From: Paraspadella gotoi
Taxonomy: Eukaryota > Animalia > Chaetognatha
Length of the DNA stretch: 63,989 nt
Direction of reading: 5' to 3'
NCBI GenBank assembly: GCA_051294375.1
Contig: CM119268.1
Coordinates: forward strand, 8,103,468-8,167,456
In this document: piece after piece, positions 62,951 through 63,989 of the stretch
Position numbering within the stretch: the first letter of the stretch is position 1
Layout: each line of letters opens with the position of its first letter
Translations under genes and position numbers: made by a program
The notes under the pieces: model-generated
Told to the model about the DNA's origin: nothing
What the model saw: only the letters and a program-made list of their open reading frames with translations
Database searches by the model: none

Positions 62951-63885
62951 CGGTTTGGAAATATGCGATGTCTCTGCCTGTTTTATCAGAGTTATCACGG
63001 TATGCCAGTATGCCCTGGTGTTTGTCAATAAACAGAAGTAACAAAATTGATTAATTGATAATTTAACAAAATTGGCAACAATGAGTTTGACTTTAGTAAT
63101 CTGTCTGAGGTTTCTCAACTCAGTTTCGGTAAATATTATTAAAAATAAAAAAAATTAAATTAAATCACGTGTTTCCCAAATTTAAAAAAAAAAATAGAAT
63201 TTCGAAATACTTTTCGCCAGATCCTGAATGATCAATTTACCGTTTTCCGATTCCCACTCAACTCCTTGAAAAGCAACCGTCATCAGATTCAAAACTTCTC
63301 CACCGGACACGCCCCTCTCGCCTAACGTCACGTTCACGAAAGATACAAAATGGCGACGGAGAACCGGAGAAATTTGCCCGTCCGCGTCACGTTATGCGCG
63401 AGACCCGCGCAACCGCGCTCCTTTTCGAGATAGCCCCAGACATGCGCATTGCGGACAGCGTGCAGCTCGCCCGCGAGAAAGAGAGCCGTCGAATGGGAAA
63501 TGCAGAGGGCAGCCGGGGGGGGGAGTGTAAAAGAACGGCATATCGGCCGCTTCTACATACGACAGAAAGGAAGCGATGCGTTTTGTGCGGCGTGGCAAAA
63601 TACAATGCAGCAGCATACGGCAAGCGGCTGCATAACGGACGAGACGCGGCGGAGGTAAGGGAAGCGGACCGACGACGCGCGGGTTTTATAAGGGGAGAGG
63701 CGGGGGAGGAGGCGACGGAGGTCGGGGCTACCGTTTGCTTGCTGAACAAGGAGAAATGCGCCCCTGGGACGGGATGAGTCGGAAGGAGGCAGGGAAAGAA
63801 AAAGGAGTGAAGAGGAAAATGAAAGAAAAGGCCGAAACAGATCAGCGAATATTAAAGATTAGAAAAAAAGACTAATATAAGCAGG
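62951..63885 (+). repeat. Indel-rich second copy of ~61202-62285 (probable assembly redundancy)
   Basis: Colinear with the gapped segments from 61202 onward, with scattered single-base insertions. Confidence 0.8.
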
Positions 63886-63938
63886 AAGTGGAAATATGGA
63901 GAAGAGAGAGAAAAAGAGAGAGAGAGACGAGCAGAGAG

Positions 63939-63973
<35 letters not shown>

Positions 63974-63989
63974 CGAGAAGAGAGAGAGA

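Overview
Intron-rich animal (invertebrate) genomic DNA from a gapped draft assembly: AT-rich introns, abundant (AG)n microsatellites, N gaps. I built gene models by hand from GT-AG junctions and checked phase continuity. They are: a CCHC zinc-knuckle gene running off the left edge (-); a 480-aa myristoylation-motif acidic protein (-); eIF4B (+, 8 exons); a small multi-pass membrane protein (-); a 630-aa single-CUB type I membrane protein with a YxxP-rich tail (+, 13 exons); a DNAJB6-like J-protein (+); and a vesicular acetylcholine transporter (-, about 15 exons, about 876 aa). The VAChT gene has a greatly enlarged luminal loop and a nested antisense gene, and I saw no ChAT exons downstream. 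A 9.5-kb tandem duplicate (20324-30080) is full of small indels and is probably a long-read assembly artefact. One 6.4-kb intron of the CUB gene holds nested elements: a Tc1-like shell, a 5.7-kb hAT-type element with an 8-bp TSD, foldbacks, and a 1.7-kb palindrome with a complete minimal hammerhead ribozyme in each arm. Further hammerhead remnants are scattered through the window.
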